Positions 1 through 8,602 of a stretch of 10,605 nt of DNA are shown here, piece after piece; position 1 is the stretch's first letter; each line of letters begins with the position of its first letter. The position numbers and the translations under genes were made by a program. The DNA comes from Octopus sinensis (Eukaryota): positions 1-10,605 of the forward strand of contig NW_021827350.1 in the NCBI RefSeq assembly GCF_006345805.1, read 5' to 3'. The notes below the pieces were generated by a model. The model was not told where the DNA came from and searched no databases. It saw only the letters and a list, made by a program, of their open reading frames with translations.

Positions 1-144
1 GAAGGCAACAAAAGCAAAGTTTGAAGGAAATATTCGCCATTTTCCATAGTTTTTAGGAGTCAGCAAAGAGGAAATTCACAGTTGCGACCCAAGGACAAAA
101 ATAATGTTACTCAGTTATTTTTATTATTAATACTGTTCTGCTAG

Positions 145-322
145 TGTTGTTGTTTTTTGTTTTTTGTTTTGCTGTGGCTGCTGTTGTTGTTGGCGTCGTT
201 ATTGTTGAAATTTTGATTCCTGTTTCTGTCGCAGATGTTATTGTCATTGTTCATGTTGTTGTTGTTGTTGTTGCTGCTGTTGCTGTCAATACTGTTGTTT
301 TTGTTGTTGTTGTTGTTGTTGT
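145..322. repeat. Imperfect (GTT)n/(GCT)n trinucleotide microsatellite
   Basis: Directly visible runs of gttgtt/gctgct. They produce the poly-N/poly-Q and poly-V in the ORF track. Confidence 0.9.
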
Positions 323-324
323 CT

Positions 325-509
325 GCTGGTAGAATCGTCTGCACGCCTGGCAAAATGGTTAGCGGCATTTCGTTCGTCTTTACGTTCTGAGTTCTAATTT
401 CGCCAAAATCGACTTTACATTTCATCAGTTCGGGGTCGATAAAATGAATAATCGACGAAACCCCTCCCCACAAAGTTTCAGGCCTTATGCCTCTAGTAGA
501 AAGGATTAT
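325..509 (+). mobile_element. tRNA-headed SINE, family A, diverged short copy
   Basis: Aligns by eye to 635-750 (ctggtagaatcg...tacgttctgagttc...gggtcgataaa) and ends in tttcaggccttatgcctctagtagaaaggattatc, which matches the tail at 962-996. It is followed by an (ATC)n/(ATT)n tail. Confidence 0.8.
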
Positions 510-555
510 CATCATCATCATCATCATCATTGTTATTATTATTATTATTATTATA

Positions 556-590
<35 letters not shown>

Positions 591-622
591 CATTATTTTT
601 TTATTATTGTTGTTGTTGTTGT
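508..622. repeat. Compound (ATC)n-(ATT)n-(GTT)n microsatellite, SINE 3' tail expansion
   Basis: Directly visible and starts exactly at the end of the SINE copy at 325-509. Confidence 0.9.
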
Positions 623-625
623 CAA

Positions 626-996
626 GGCGGTAGGTTGGCAGAACCGTTAGCATGCTGGGCGAAGTGCTTCGCGGTATTTCGTCTGCCGCTACGTTCTGAG
701 TTCAAATTCCACCGAGGTCAACTTTGCCTTTCATCATTTCGGAGTCGATTAAATAAGTATCAGTTACGCACTGGGGTCGATGTAATCGACTTAATCCGTT
801 TGTCTGTCCTTGTTTGTCCCCTCTGTGTTTAGCTCCTTGTGGGTAGCAAAAAAATAGATATTTCGTCTGTCTTTATGTTCTGAGTTCTATTGCCGCCGAG
901 GTCGACTTTACCCCTCGTCCTTTCGAGATCGATGTAATCGACCACATGGCCACCACCAAAATTTCAGGCTTTGTGCCTATAGTACAAACGATTATT
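626..996 (+). mobile_element. tRNA-headed SINE, family A, dimeric copy (full monomer 626-858 plus internal repeat and tail 859-996)
   Basis: A-box-like TGGCAGAA at 636-643 and B-box-like GTTCAAATTCC at 700-710. 629-858 matches the reverse complement of 6451-6680 at 208/230 positions without gaps (manual count). The tatttcgtctg...gttctgagttc...gaggtcgacttt block recurs from 859. It resembles octopus tRNA-derived SINEs, but the family name is not verified. Confidence 0.85.
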
Positions 997-1002
997 CTGG
1001 TC

Positions 1003-1200
1003 AGTGTTGTTGTCGTTGTTGTTGTTATCGACACTGTTCTTCTGTTGTTGCTCTGGTTTTTTTCTGTTGTCGTTATGATGGCTTCTGTTACTGATGAGAT
1101 GTTATCTATATTGTTGTTGTTGTTGTTGGAGTGGTGGTGCCGCTGGTGGTGATGTTGCTGCTGTTGTTGTTGTTAATGTTGTTTCTGTTGTTCTTGTTGA
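1003..1200. repeat. Degenerate (GTT)n/(GCT)n microsatellite
   Basis: Directly visible. Confidence 0.8.
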
Positions 1201-1364
1201 TATTGCTTTGGATACTTTTAAAGTATGCTTTAAAAAAAAAAAAAGAAGAAATATAAAAAAATTACATTTAATATTTATTTTTAGAAAGAAGCAATGTGTG
1301 TAAAAATTTCAACTTGGTTCATAATTTCAGAATAATTATGAATTAGTGACTCGGAAAAGAAAAC

Positions 1365-1402
1365 ACACAACACACACCCACACACCCATCCACACACCCA
1401 CA

Positions 1403-1438
<36 letters not shown>

Positions 1439-1520
1439 CGCATACTTACGGTTACACGAACCTGATATCATATATACACAAATTACACACACACAACACA
1501 TAAACACACACATAGATATA

Positions 1521-1571
<51 letters not shown>

Positions 1572-1631
1572 TTGTATGTATGTATATATAAATATACATA
1601 TATATATATAATACACACACACACACACAAA

Positions 1632-1708
<77 letters not shown>

Positions 1709-1732
1709 TATATAATACATACATACATAAAA
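1365..1732. repeat. Compound (CA)n, (GA)n, (TA)n microsatellites
   Basis: Directly visible: (GA)n ~1406-1433 and (TA)n-rich ~1529-1725. Confidence 0.9.
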
Positions 1733-1894
1733 GGGGCATAGACAAAAACAAAATTTATTGAATAGATGTAACATTTAAATTTTTTTAATATCCTTATTTA
1801 CTTAAAAGCCTTTATTTTATTACTTTATTGAATTAATTATATATTTGTTCTGCTACATATTCCATTACAACCCACGGCGTCCAGAACAACCACT

Positions 1895-2052
1895 TCCTCT
1901 CTCTCTCTCTCACACATTCCTCATTCATCAATTATCTCTCCCCTCATTCAATCATTCACCTCCCACTTTCTCTATCTCTCTCTGTCTCTCCTCGCCTCGC
2001 CTCTCTCTCTGCCTCTTCCTCTCCCCCTCACTCTCCTCCCCCCTCTCTTTCT
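1895..2052. repeat. (CT)n/pyrimidine-rich low-complexity tract
   Basis: Directly visible. Confidence 0.8.
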
Positions 2053-2340
2053 TAGTGCTTTTGTTTTCTCTTTTAATACATGGCGTAGGTGTAATGTTGC
2101 GAATATGTTTGAACTCAACAGTTCAGGACATTTTGTGTTTGTGTTTGTATGACATGATTGTGTACGGATTTGAGTGAAAAAGAAAAAAAGGCATTTGTAT
2201 TTTTGCAATAAATATTGGCTGTGTAAGAGTGCCATTACCCATATGTGTGTCCTGCATGTGTCACATAAACGTGTGCACCGTACTTTTATGCATAAACACG
2301 TATGTATGTATGGAAAAATATATTTATGCAAGTATGTATA

Positions 2341-2359
2341 TAACATACATGCATATATA

Positions 2360-2406
<47 letters not shown>

Positions 2407-2436
2407 TTATATATACTTATATGTATATATATATAG

Positions 2437-2468
<32 letters not shown>

Positions 2469-2525
2469 ATATATATATATAATAATACAATAAGTATATA
2501 TAACTTATATGTATATATATATATG

Positions 2526-2593
<68 letters not shown>

Positions 2594-2603
2594 TATATAT
2601 ATT

Positions 2604-2653
<50 letters not shown>

Positions 2654-2676
2654 ATATATAATATATATGCATGTAT
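2341..2676. repeat. Long interrupted (TA)n microsatellite
   Basis: Directly visible. Confidence 0.95.
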
Positions 2677-3024
2677 ATAGGCTTCAGAATTCAAATAGGT
2701 TATTATCTTTAAAACAAAAAGAACCGTAAAGTGGCCAGCAAACATAATCCCAACAGGCAAAATATATATTAAAATTCAGGCAGAGAAAGCGAAATCAATT
2801 GATACTGGGATATCTAACCTCCTCTTTGTATTTTTACAAATGGGGAAGACTGTTTTCTTCTAGTATATTTCCTACATTCTCCGTGCGCATTTACATATAG
2901 TGAGAGATGCGTGGCTTTGGAGGGTTTTAACTCTTCTTTCTAGCAAACAGCTGCATATCGTACCCTGCCTTTTAATTTTATATAGATACACACATATATA
3001 TATATGATAGATCGTTAGCCACTA

Positions 3025-3180
3025 CACCTTTTTTTTCTCTCCTTGTTTCTCTCCTTGTTTTTTCCTGTGTCCCTTTCTGTAGAAGAGCTTAGGCTCGAAA
3101 CGTAAAAGACTTTTTTCTATTCCTGCGCGTTATACTAATACATGTCTTCGTCTTTTGTTTTTTCCGTAAACTCTCCCTAT
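3025..3180 (+). mobile_element. Penelope-like element terminal (pseudo-LTR) fragment, family 1
   Basis: Pyrimidine-rich flank, then the hammerhead motif, then a tail running into (TA)n. The architecture matches 9481-9617. The PLE assignment is inferred from the minimal HHR. Confidence 0.6.
3073..3108 (+). ncRNA. Minimal type I hammerhead ribozyme with variant core CUGUAGA (HHR1)
   Basis: Stem I CTTT(3073-76)/AAAG(3105-08). Core CTGTAGA 3077-83 plus an extra A. Stem II GAGC(3085-88)/GCTC(3093-96) with loop TTAG. GAAA at 3097-3100. Palindromic stem III ACGT 3100-03. Predicted GUA cleavage after 3104. Confidence 0.65.
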
Positions 3181-3191
3181 TTATATATATG

Positions 3192-3228
<37 letters not shown>

Positions 3229-3233
3229 GTATG

Positions 3234-3407
3234 AATTAGGAATTAATTTGTACTGCAAAGCCATACAGACCTGGAGCTAAAAGATGTGACTTATGTTTAG
3301 AAGTTTAACAGATTTTTACATCCAAAAGTTCTGTAATAAATTCTCGGCAAGAATACGCTTTAAGATGCCTGCACATGAGGAAATTTACACTTGCCCAGTA
3401 TAAATGA
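3234..3407 (+). pseudogene. Decayed C-terminus of a Penelope-like element GIY-YIG endonuclease ORF
   Basis: Manual translation from 3234: N*ELICTAKPYRPGAKRCDLCLEV*QIFTSKSSVINSRQEYALRCLHMRKFTLAQYK*. It resembles the W-x-I...PY...KRCxLCLxEK...NxRxE...CxHxxKFxL motif I recall from PLE endonuclease C-termini. It has two in-frame stops (the first, TAG, is plausibly from TGG) and lies ~160 bp upstream of an HHR, as expected for a PLE 3' end. Confidence 0.75.
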
Positions 3408-3567
3408 ATAACAGACATTTAAACAATAATGGACTATAAGTGATTATCCAATCAAAACTTGAATTGGAGATGGTTCGCGATTAACTTAACGGACAACTCT
3501 ACATCATACAACACTGAGTAGATAAACTAAAAACTTTAAACAGTTAAATCGAAGGATATTAAAGTAA

Positions 3568-3652
3568 AGACCCTGAAGAAAGTGCATCCGTATTGTGTAG
3601 GGTTGCAATTGCAACGGTTTCTAATCTGTGCAGTTGAAACACGTGTAGGTTT
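3568..3652 (+). ncRNA. Type I hammerhead ribozyme with extended stem II (HHR2)
   Basis: Stem I AGACC(3568-72)/GGTTT(3648-52). Core CTGAAGA 3573-79. Stem II AAGTGCA(3580-86)/TGCAGTT(3629-35), 6 of 7 paired. GAAA at 3636-39. Perfect palindromic stem III ACACGTGT 3639-46. Predicted GUA cleavage after 3647. Confidence 0.8.
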
Positions 3653-3663
3653 ATGGAAAGTTG

Positions 3664-3729
<66 letters not shown>

Positions 3730-4170
3730 ACAATATATATGTATATATATATATATGTATACATATATATATGTATATATGTATATATATATGTAATATA
3801 TATATGTATATATATGTTATATTATTGTATATTATATAATATATATATATATATTATATATATATATATAATTAAAAGTAATGGTATGCGGATTCGTAAT
3901 AATCCATATCATTATTGCTGATATATATGTGTGTATGTATGTATATATACATGTGTGTGTGTACATATGTATGTATGATTGTATGCATGTATGTGTATAT
4001 GTAAATGTATATGTACGTGTATATATATATAAAGATAGATACATGCATACATACTTTCATAAAGAGATAGACAACTGTACGTATCTGTGAGCATGTATGT
4101 ATTTATTTATGTATGTTTGTATGAGTGTTTGTGTGTATGCGTGCATGCATTTATGTATGTTTGTATGTAT
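3664..4170. repeat. (TA)n and (TATG)n/(TG)n compound microsatellites
   Basis: Directly visible, with a short unique interruption at ~3872-3920. Confidence 0.9.
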
Positions 4171-4308
4171 AATGAAAAAGCAAGTGATTTTAATTGGCTG
4201 AAACTATTGTCACTTCATTAGCATAAAAAAATGCCTGAAAACTAAAGTCATTGCTGTGCGATAAACATAAACATGTGTGTTTGGATAGTTGTTAGTAGTA
4301 GATTGGTA

Positions 4309-4683
4309 GTACCAGTACCACCACCACCACCACCAATACCACCACCACCACCACCACCACCACCACCAACCACAACATTTAGAATCACCACCACTAAACA
4401 CTAACGCCAACGCTGCCACCATCACCACCTCCACCCCTAACAGCAACAACTACCATCACCACTACCACCACGACCACGACGACGAAGACCACCACCATCA
4501 CAACCACCTCCACCACCACCTCCACCACCACCACCACCACCACCACCACTACTACTACTATTACAACTACTGCCACTACTACTATTATTATTTCTATTAC
4601 TACTACTACTGCTTTAGTGGCCAATGTATATCAAAAATTGTAACAATGATGATGTTAATATTAACAACATCAACAACAACAAC

Positions 4684-4733
<50 letters not shown>

Positions 4734-4738
4734 TAATA
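4309..4738. repeat. (CCA)n-(CTA)n-(CAA)n-(AAT)n compound trinucleotide microsatellite
   Basis: Directly visible, with pure (AAT)n at ~4683-4738. Confidence 0.9.
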
Positions 4739-5100
4739 AAGGACTGTGTCACCTCCCCCATCCACCCTTGCCGTTCTCTCCCTAAAAAAATCCAGCGATT
4801 ATTGAAATGTTGCCAAAAAATTGCTGGAACAACAAGTTATCTTAAAAACAGGTGGGATGTCGGTGAAAGACTATCGTAACGGGGGTGGGAGGGAATGAGA
4901 GAGAAAGAGTGAGGGAGAGTGGGAGGGAGGGGTGCGTGAAGGAGAGGGATGAGGAAGAGTAGGAGTAAACGGATAGAAGTGGAGGTGGAGGAGGTGGAGA
5001 AAGTTTGGAAGTACTTTCAATGAAATCAAAAACAAAACGTGATTAGGCGATGGTCATGTGGTCTTTCGGTCACGTGGTTGGGAGGTTATATAATTACTTA

Positions 5101-5493
5101 TTTTATTCATCTTTTTCTTTTACTGGTTTCAGTCATTTGACATTGGCCATGCTGGAGCAGCGCCTTTTAGTCGAAGAAATCGACGTAAGACGTATTCTTT
5201 GTAAGCTTGGTATTTAATCTATCGGTCTCTATTGCGGAACCACTGTGTTTCGGTGACGTAAACACACCAACATCGGTTATCAGGCGATGGTGGGAGGGGG
5301 ATAAAAACAGACAAAAAGACACACACACACATATGGCAGGCTTCTTCAGTTTCCGTCTACCAAATCCACTCACAAGGCTTTGGTCGACCCGAAAGGCTAT
5401 AATAGAAAACCCTCGGCCAAGGTGCCACGCAGTGGGACTGAACCCGGAACCATGTGGTTGGCAAGCAAGCTTCTTACCACACAGCCATGTCTG
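5101..5493 (-). mobile_element. tRNA-headed SINE, family B, near full length
   Basis: On the - strand: A-box TGGCTGTGTGG (5487-5477), B-box GGTTCAGTCCC (5444-5434), then a GGCACCTTGG CORE-like segment, an internal (TG)n, and a 3' part homologous to 5521-5727 ending in an A-rich tail. Confidence 0.85.
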
Positions 5494-5727
5494 TTTGTTT
5501 GTTTATTTATTCATTTATTTATTTTACTTGTGTTTCAATCATTAGACTGCGACCACGCTGGAGCACCACCGTCAAGAATTTTTAGTCGAATGAATCGAGC
5601 CCCAGGGTTTTTAATTTCTTTTAAGACTGGAACTTATTCTATCGGTCTCTTTTGCTGAGCCACTAAGTTACGGCGACTTAAACACACCAACACTGGTTGT
5701 CAAGCGGTGATAGGGAACAAACACAGG
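5494..5727 (-). mobile_element. SINE family B 3' half, with (TAAA)n tail abutting the head of the 5101-5493 copy
   Basis: tttcaatcattagactgcgaccacgctggagc...ttagtcgaa...atcggtctct...aaacacaccaacactggttgtcaagcggtga parallels 5127-5290 in the same orientation. The 5' end is lost in (TA)n at 5728. Confidence 0.8.
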
Positions 5728-5837
5728 ATATATATATATATATATATATAATTGATATAGGATAAAATTTTTTTGGGGAAAACAATTTTATCAATGGCCA
5801 GCATATCAAAAAATGCCTTTAAAGGTAAAATTTATAC

Positions 5838-6293
5838 ATAATTTACAAGATAAGGGCAGAAGAAAAATTCTAATGCCAGATACGCCGAAACAAAAAAAAT
5901 TGTCGATAACCATTAAATTTATGCGTCTCGAAATAAACCGATAGAAATCTCTAAAAAATTCGTTATTACTGAATTGGACACGTGTCTCGAGGTGCGCCGA
6001 AGATTTTTCTATTTGGATATATTTGGAGTACTTAAGTCTGCTCGGGACTTGGTGCTTGCTTCTTCCGAGGGTATGAATGAGTATTTCATTTATATCTCGC
6101 GTATGTGCCACTGAAGAGGGGAAAATTTCTTGTGAATTAACCCCGAAATTGGACCAATACGGTAATAACGAATTTTTTAGAGATTTCTATCGGTTTATTT
6201 CGAGACGCATAAATTTAATGGTTATCGACAATTTTTGTTATTTCGGCGTATCTGGCATTAGAATTTTTCTTCTGCCCTTATCTTGTAAATTAT
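5838..6293 (+). mobile_element. Fold-back element: 140-bp inverted arms (5838-5977 / 6154-6293) around a 176-bp spacer; probable PLE end with inverted pseudo-LTR (alternative: MITE)
   Basis: The arms match at 136/140 positions (127/129 in the core 5841-5969 vs 6162-6290, manual count). The spacer ends in a hammerhead motif and the right arm runs into (TA)n. Confidence 0.75.
6106..6164 (+). ncRNA. Minimal type I hammerhead ribozyme (HHR3)
   Basis: Core CTGAAGA 6111-17. Stem II GGGG(6118-21)/CCCC(6141-44). GAAA at 6145-48. Stem III quasi-palindrome ATTGG-A-CCAAT 6148-58. Predicted AUA cleavage after 6159. Stem I TGCC(6106-09)/GGTA(6161-64) with an A6110-C6160 mismatch next to the core. Confidence 0.7.
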
Positions 6294-6371
6294 ATATATA
6301 TATATATATACATATATATTTGGCTTATCTTGTATCTTCGTTGCATCTCTTCGATAAGCATACCAACGGAT

Positions 6372-6452
6372 TTTGCTCTGATGAGCTTTCTGCTCGGGTA
6401 CCGTCAGCCAAAACCTTTAAACATTTCATCTGTTTCTCTTCCTAAGCGTATC
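6372..6452 (+). mobile_element. Decayed HHR-type PLE end (HHR5 remnant)
   Basis: CTGATGA at 6378-84 and stem II GCT(6385-87)/AGC(6406-08), but CAAA replaces GAAA and stem I does not pair. The downstream ttcctaagcgt resembles ttcctgcgcgt (3120-3130) in the HHR1 tail. Confidence 0.35.
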
Positions 6453-6685
6453 TATTTCATTGCTACCCACAAGGGGCTAAACACAGAGAGGACAAACAAG
6501 GACAGACAAACGGATTAAGTCGATTACATCGACCCCAGTGCATAACTGGTACTTATTTAATCGACCCTGAAAGGATGAAAGGCAAAGTCGACCTCAGCGG
6601 AATTTGAACTCAGAACGCAACGGCAGACGAAATACCGCTAAGCATTTCGCCCGGCATGCTAACGCTTCTGCCAGCTCGCCGCATT
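6453..6685 (-). mobile_element. tRNA-headed SINE, family A, monomer with target-site duplication
   Basis: About 90% identical to 629-858 in reverse complement. Flanked by ctcttcctaagcgtatc (6436-6452) and ctctttctaagcgtatc (6692-6708), 16/17 identical. Confidence 0.9.
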
Positions 6686-6744
6686 TGCGAGCTCTTTCTA
6701 AGCGTATCGTTTCACTGTTGCGCTTCCTATTAGTCTTTTTCTGT

Positions 6745-7069
6745 GGGAGTCGCGTTGCTTAGTGGTTACGGTATCCAGCTCAGGATCATAGGATTGTGAG
6801 TTCGAATCCCGGCGGCGCGCTGCATCCTTGAGCAAGATGCTTTATTTCATGTTACTGCAGTCCACTCAACTGGTAAATATGAATTGTACTTGTAATTAAA
6901 AGGATTCCAGCCTTGTCACACTCTATGTCACGCTGAACCTCCCTGAAAGCTACATTAATTGTACACGTGTCTGTGGAGTACTCAACCACTTGCACGTTAA
7001 TTTCACAAGCAGTCTGTTCGGTTGATTGAATCAACTGGAACGCTCATCGTCGTAACCGACGGAGAGCCA
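6745..7069 (+). mobile_element. tRNA-headed SINE, family C
   Basis: A-box-like TTGCTTAGTGG 6755-65, B-box GTTCGAATCC 6800-09, CORE-like TCCTTGAGCAAG 6825-36. 6884-7069 is homologous to 9707-9849. Confidence 0.85.
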
Positions 7070-7429
7070 GTTGTTCTTTCTAATAGTGTCTTTTATCGAA
7101 TTGTTGATCACCAGCGTTGTTTTCCTCTGATCTATCATACACGGTCTTTAGGCTTTCTGCCAATCGATATCTTGGGATTTCTACGACCCCTAACTTTCCT
7201 GGTTTTTTTTTTCTGATTTCTGTACACGCTACATTGACCCTAATCCTTGTTTGGAGCAACAACAAAAAATACATAAATAAAACACGAAAAAAAAATGAAA
7301 TAAAATGAACAAAAAGAAATACATTAATAACAAGAGCCTGGAAGAAGGGGAAACAAACCAGCGAAAGTTATAGGCACTGTCCCCGCTAATTCGCACTCAC
7401 ACAGTCCAATACACCACACACACTCATAC

Positions 7430-7819
7430 TCATATATATACACACACACACATATAAACATGTATTATATGTATATATATATATATATATAATATATATA
7501 TATATATATTATATATTATATATGTAGTTACTTTTGTGGTATTAGTGACGTATGTGAAGTAACGGAAAAAATCCCGGTCGCACATTTGCATAATCACCAT
7601 ATCACGTTTAGCTTTATTATTTTTTTTTTGCAGCGCCCTCAAGTCGTTTACAAGTGTGTATGTGTGTGCCGCCACACGTGTATATGTGTGCATTGTATTT
7701 ATAAGTTTAGGTATATGAGTGTGTGTGTGTATGTATAGGAAAATATATATTATATATATAATACATACATATATTATATGCATATAAAATAGACATATAA
7801 TATGTACATGTATACATAA

Positions 7820-7859
<40 letters not shown>

Positions 7860-7975
7860 ATATATATATAATATATATGCATATAGAGCATTGGTAAACA
7901 TATATCAAGATATATAGGTATATATGCAAACAAAGTAAACAAATAGATGTCTATATATGTGTGTGTGTATGTGTG

Positions 7976-8010
<35 letters not shown>

Positions 8011-8165
8011 CTATATATATATATAATAATATATATATGCACACACACGCACATACACAAGCACACACATGCATACATGTATATAAATTTATATAAATAC
8101 ATACACACATACACGCATGCATACACACATACATACCGACATACATGCCTACATAGTCACACACA
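7430..8165. repeat. Compound (TA)n/(CA)n/(TG)n/(TACA)n microsatellites
   Basis: Directly visible, with a unique interruption at ~7526-7660. Confidence 0.85.
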
Positions 8166-8267
8166 ACATAAGGTTCCCATCTGTAATATTGATGTTTCGT
8201 TTTTCTCATCCATTCTGCTGATTTTGCTATCTGCGCCAAAATTCTCCATTCTCAGTCGTCTCTTTAC

Positions 8268-8397
8268 CAATGATGGTACCAGCGGTGTATATCTGCCACA
8301 GTCTGGCATAGCCGACTGTCCTGCAGATAATGTTTCACCAAATATCGACTGATATCCGGGGTGGGGTGGGCTGGGCTGGGGAAATCTGTCGCGGAAC
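8268..8397 (-). other. Weak candidate host-gene exon
   Basis: On the - strand a T-rich tract and AG (8399-8398) precede 130 nt that end at TTG|GTAAAG (GT at 8267-8266). Two of three frames are open and the sequence is a complex island between microsatellites. I recognise no protein. Confidence 0.2.
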
Positions 8398-8562
8398 CTA
8401 AACGAAATTAAACTTTAAAATCCTGATTTATATCCGTGTTATTTTGTGTATTAACACATTTTTACAGGGTGCATCCGCAAATTGTGGTGTGTGTATGAAT
8501 ATATTTGTGTGTGTGTGTGTGTATAAATGCTTGTACATATACATATATGTATATTATAAATT

Positions 8563-8602
8563 ACACAAAAAAACACAACGCGAGGACGTGGAACAAATAT
8601 AG
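8563..8602 (-). mobile_element. Inverted fragment of the tail that follows HHR4
   Basis: 8575-8602 equals the reverse complement of 9543-9570 at 27/28 positions (22 contiguous). Confidence 0.7.

Larger units (their letters stand above)
3234..3663 (+). mobile_element. 5'-truncated Penelope-like retroelement, family 2 (endonuclease end, 3' UTR and HHR) embedded in (TA)n
   Basis: Endonuclease remnant 3234-3407, spacer, HHR2 3568-3652. (TA)n tracts lie on both sides (3182-3232 and 3664 onward). Confidence 0.75.

Noticed and set aside
395-428. - strand CTGATGA...GAAA inside the SINE at 325-509
   Set aside because: Stem II does not pair, and the word arises from divergence of the SINE catccttt segment.
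141-653. 170-aa ORF (- strand) and other long ORFs such as 1343-1774, 2229-2729 and 7430-8239
   Set aside because: They are translations of microsatellites (poly-N, poly-I, IYIY, poly-V) plus SINE sequence, with no domain-like content.
1091-1110. CTGATGA followed by a small GAT/ATC stem
   Set aside because: No GAAA follows the stem and there is no stem I or III. It is a chance core word in a GTT-rich tract.
5343-5349. - strand CTGAAGA in SINE family B
   Set aside because: No stem II or GAAA follows.
5761-5792. 13/14-bp AT-rich hairpin with a GGGG loop
   Set aside because: Low-complexity A/T pairing in an AT-rich context with no other support.
5806-6445. ORFs 5806-6111 (-) and 6077-6445 (+) sharing the peptide NNEFFRDFYRFISRRINLMVIDNF
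   Set aside because: The shared peptide is only the consequence of the 140-bp inverted repeat. No recognisable protein.
6745-6815. tRNA-like sequence with A and B boxes
   Set aside because: No convincing acceptor stem or terminator, and it continues into a SINE body shared with 9707-9849. It is a SINE head, not a tRNA gene.
7080-7274. 64-aa - strand ORF with a protein-like composition (GKLGVVEIPRYRLAESLKTVYDRSEE...)
   Set aside because: Short, no recognised motif, and weak splice context. It cannot be told from chance without a search.
8463-8485. TACAGGGTG, resembling a Tc1/mariner terminus
   Set aside because: No matching inverted end with a TA flank in the window.
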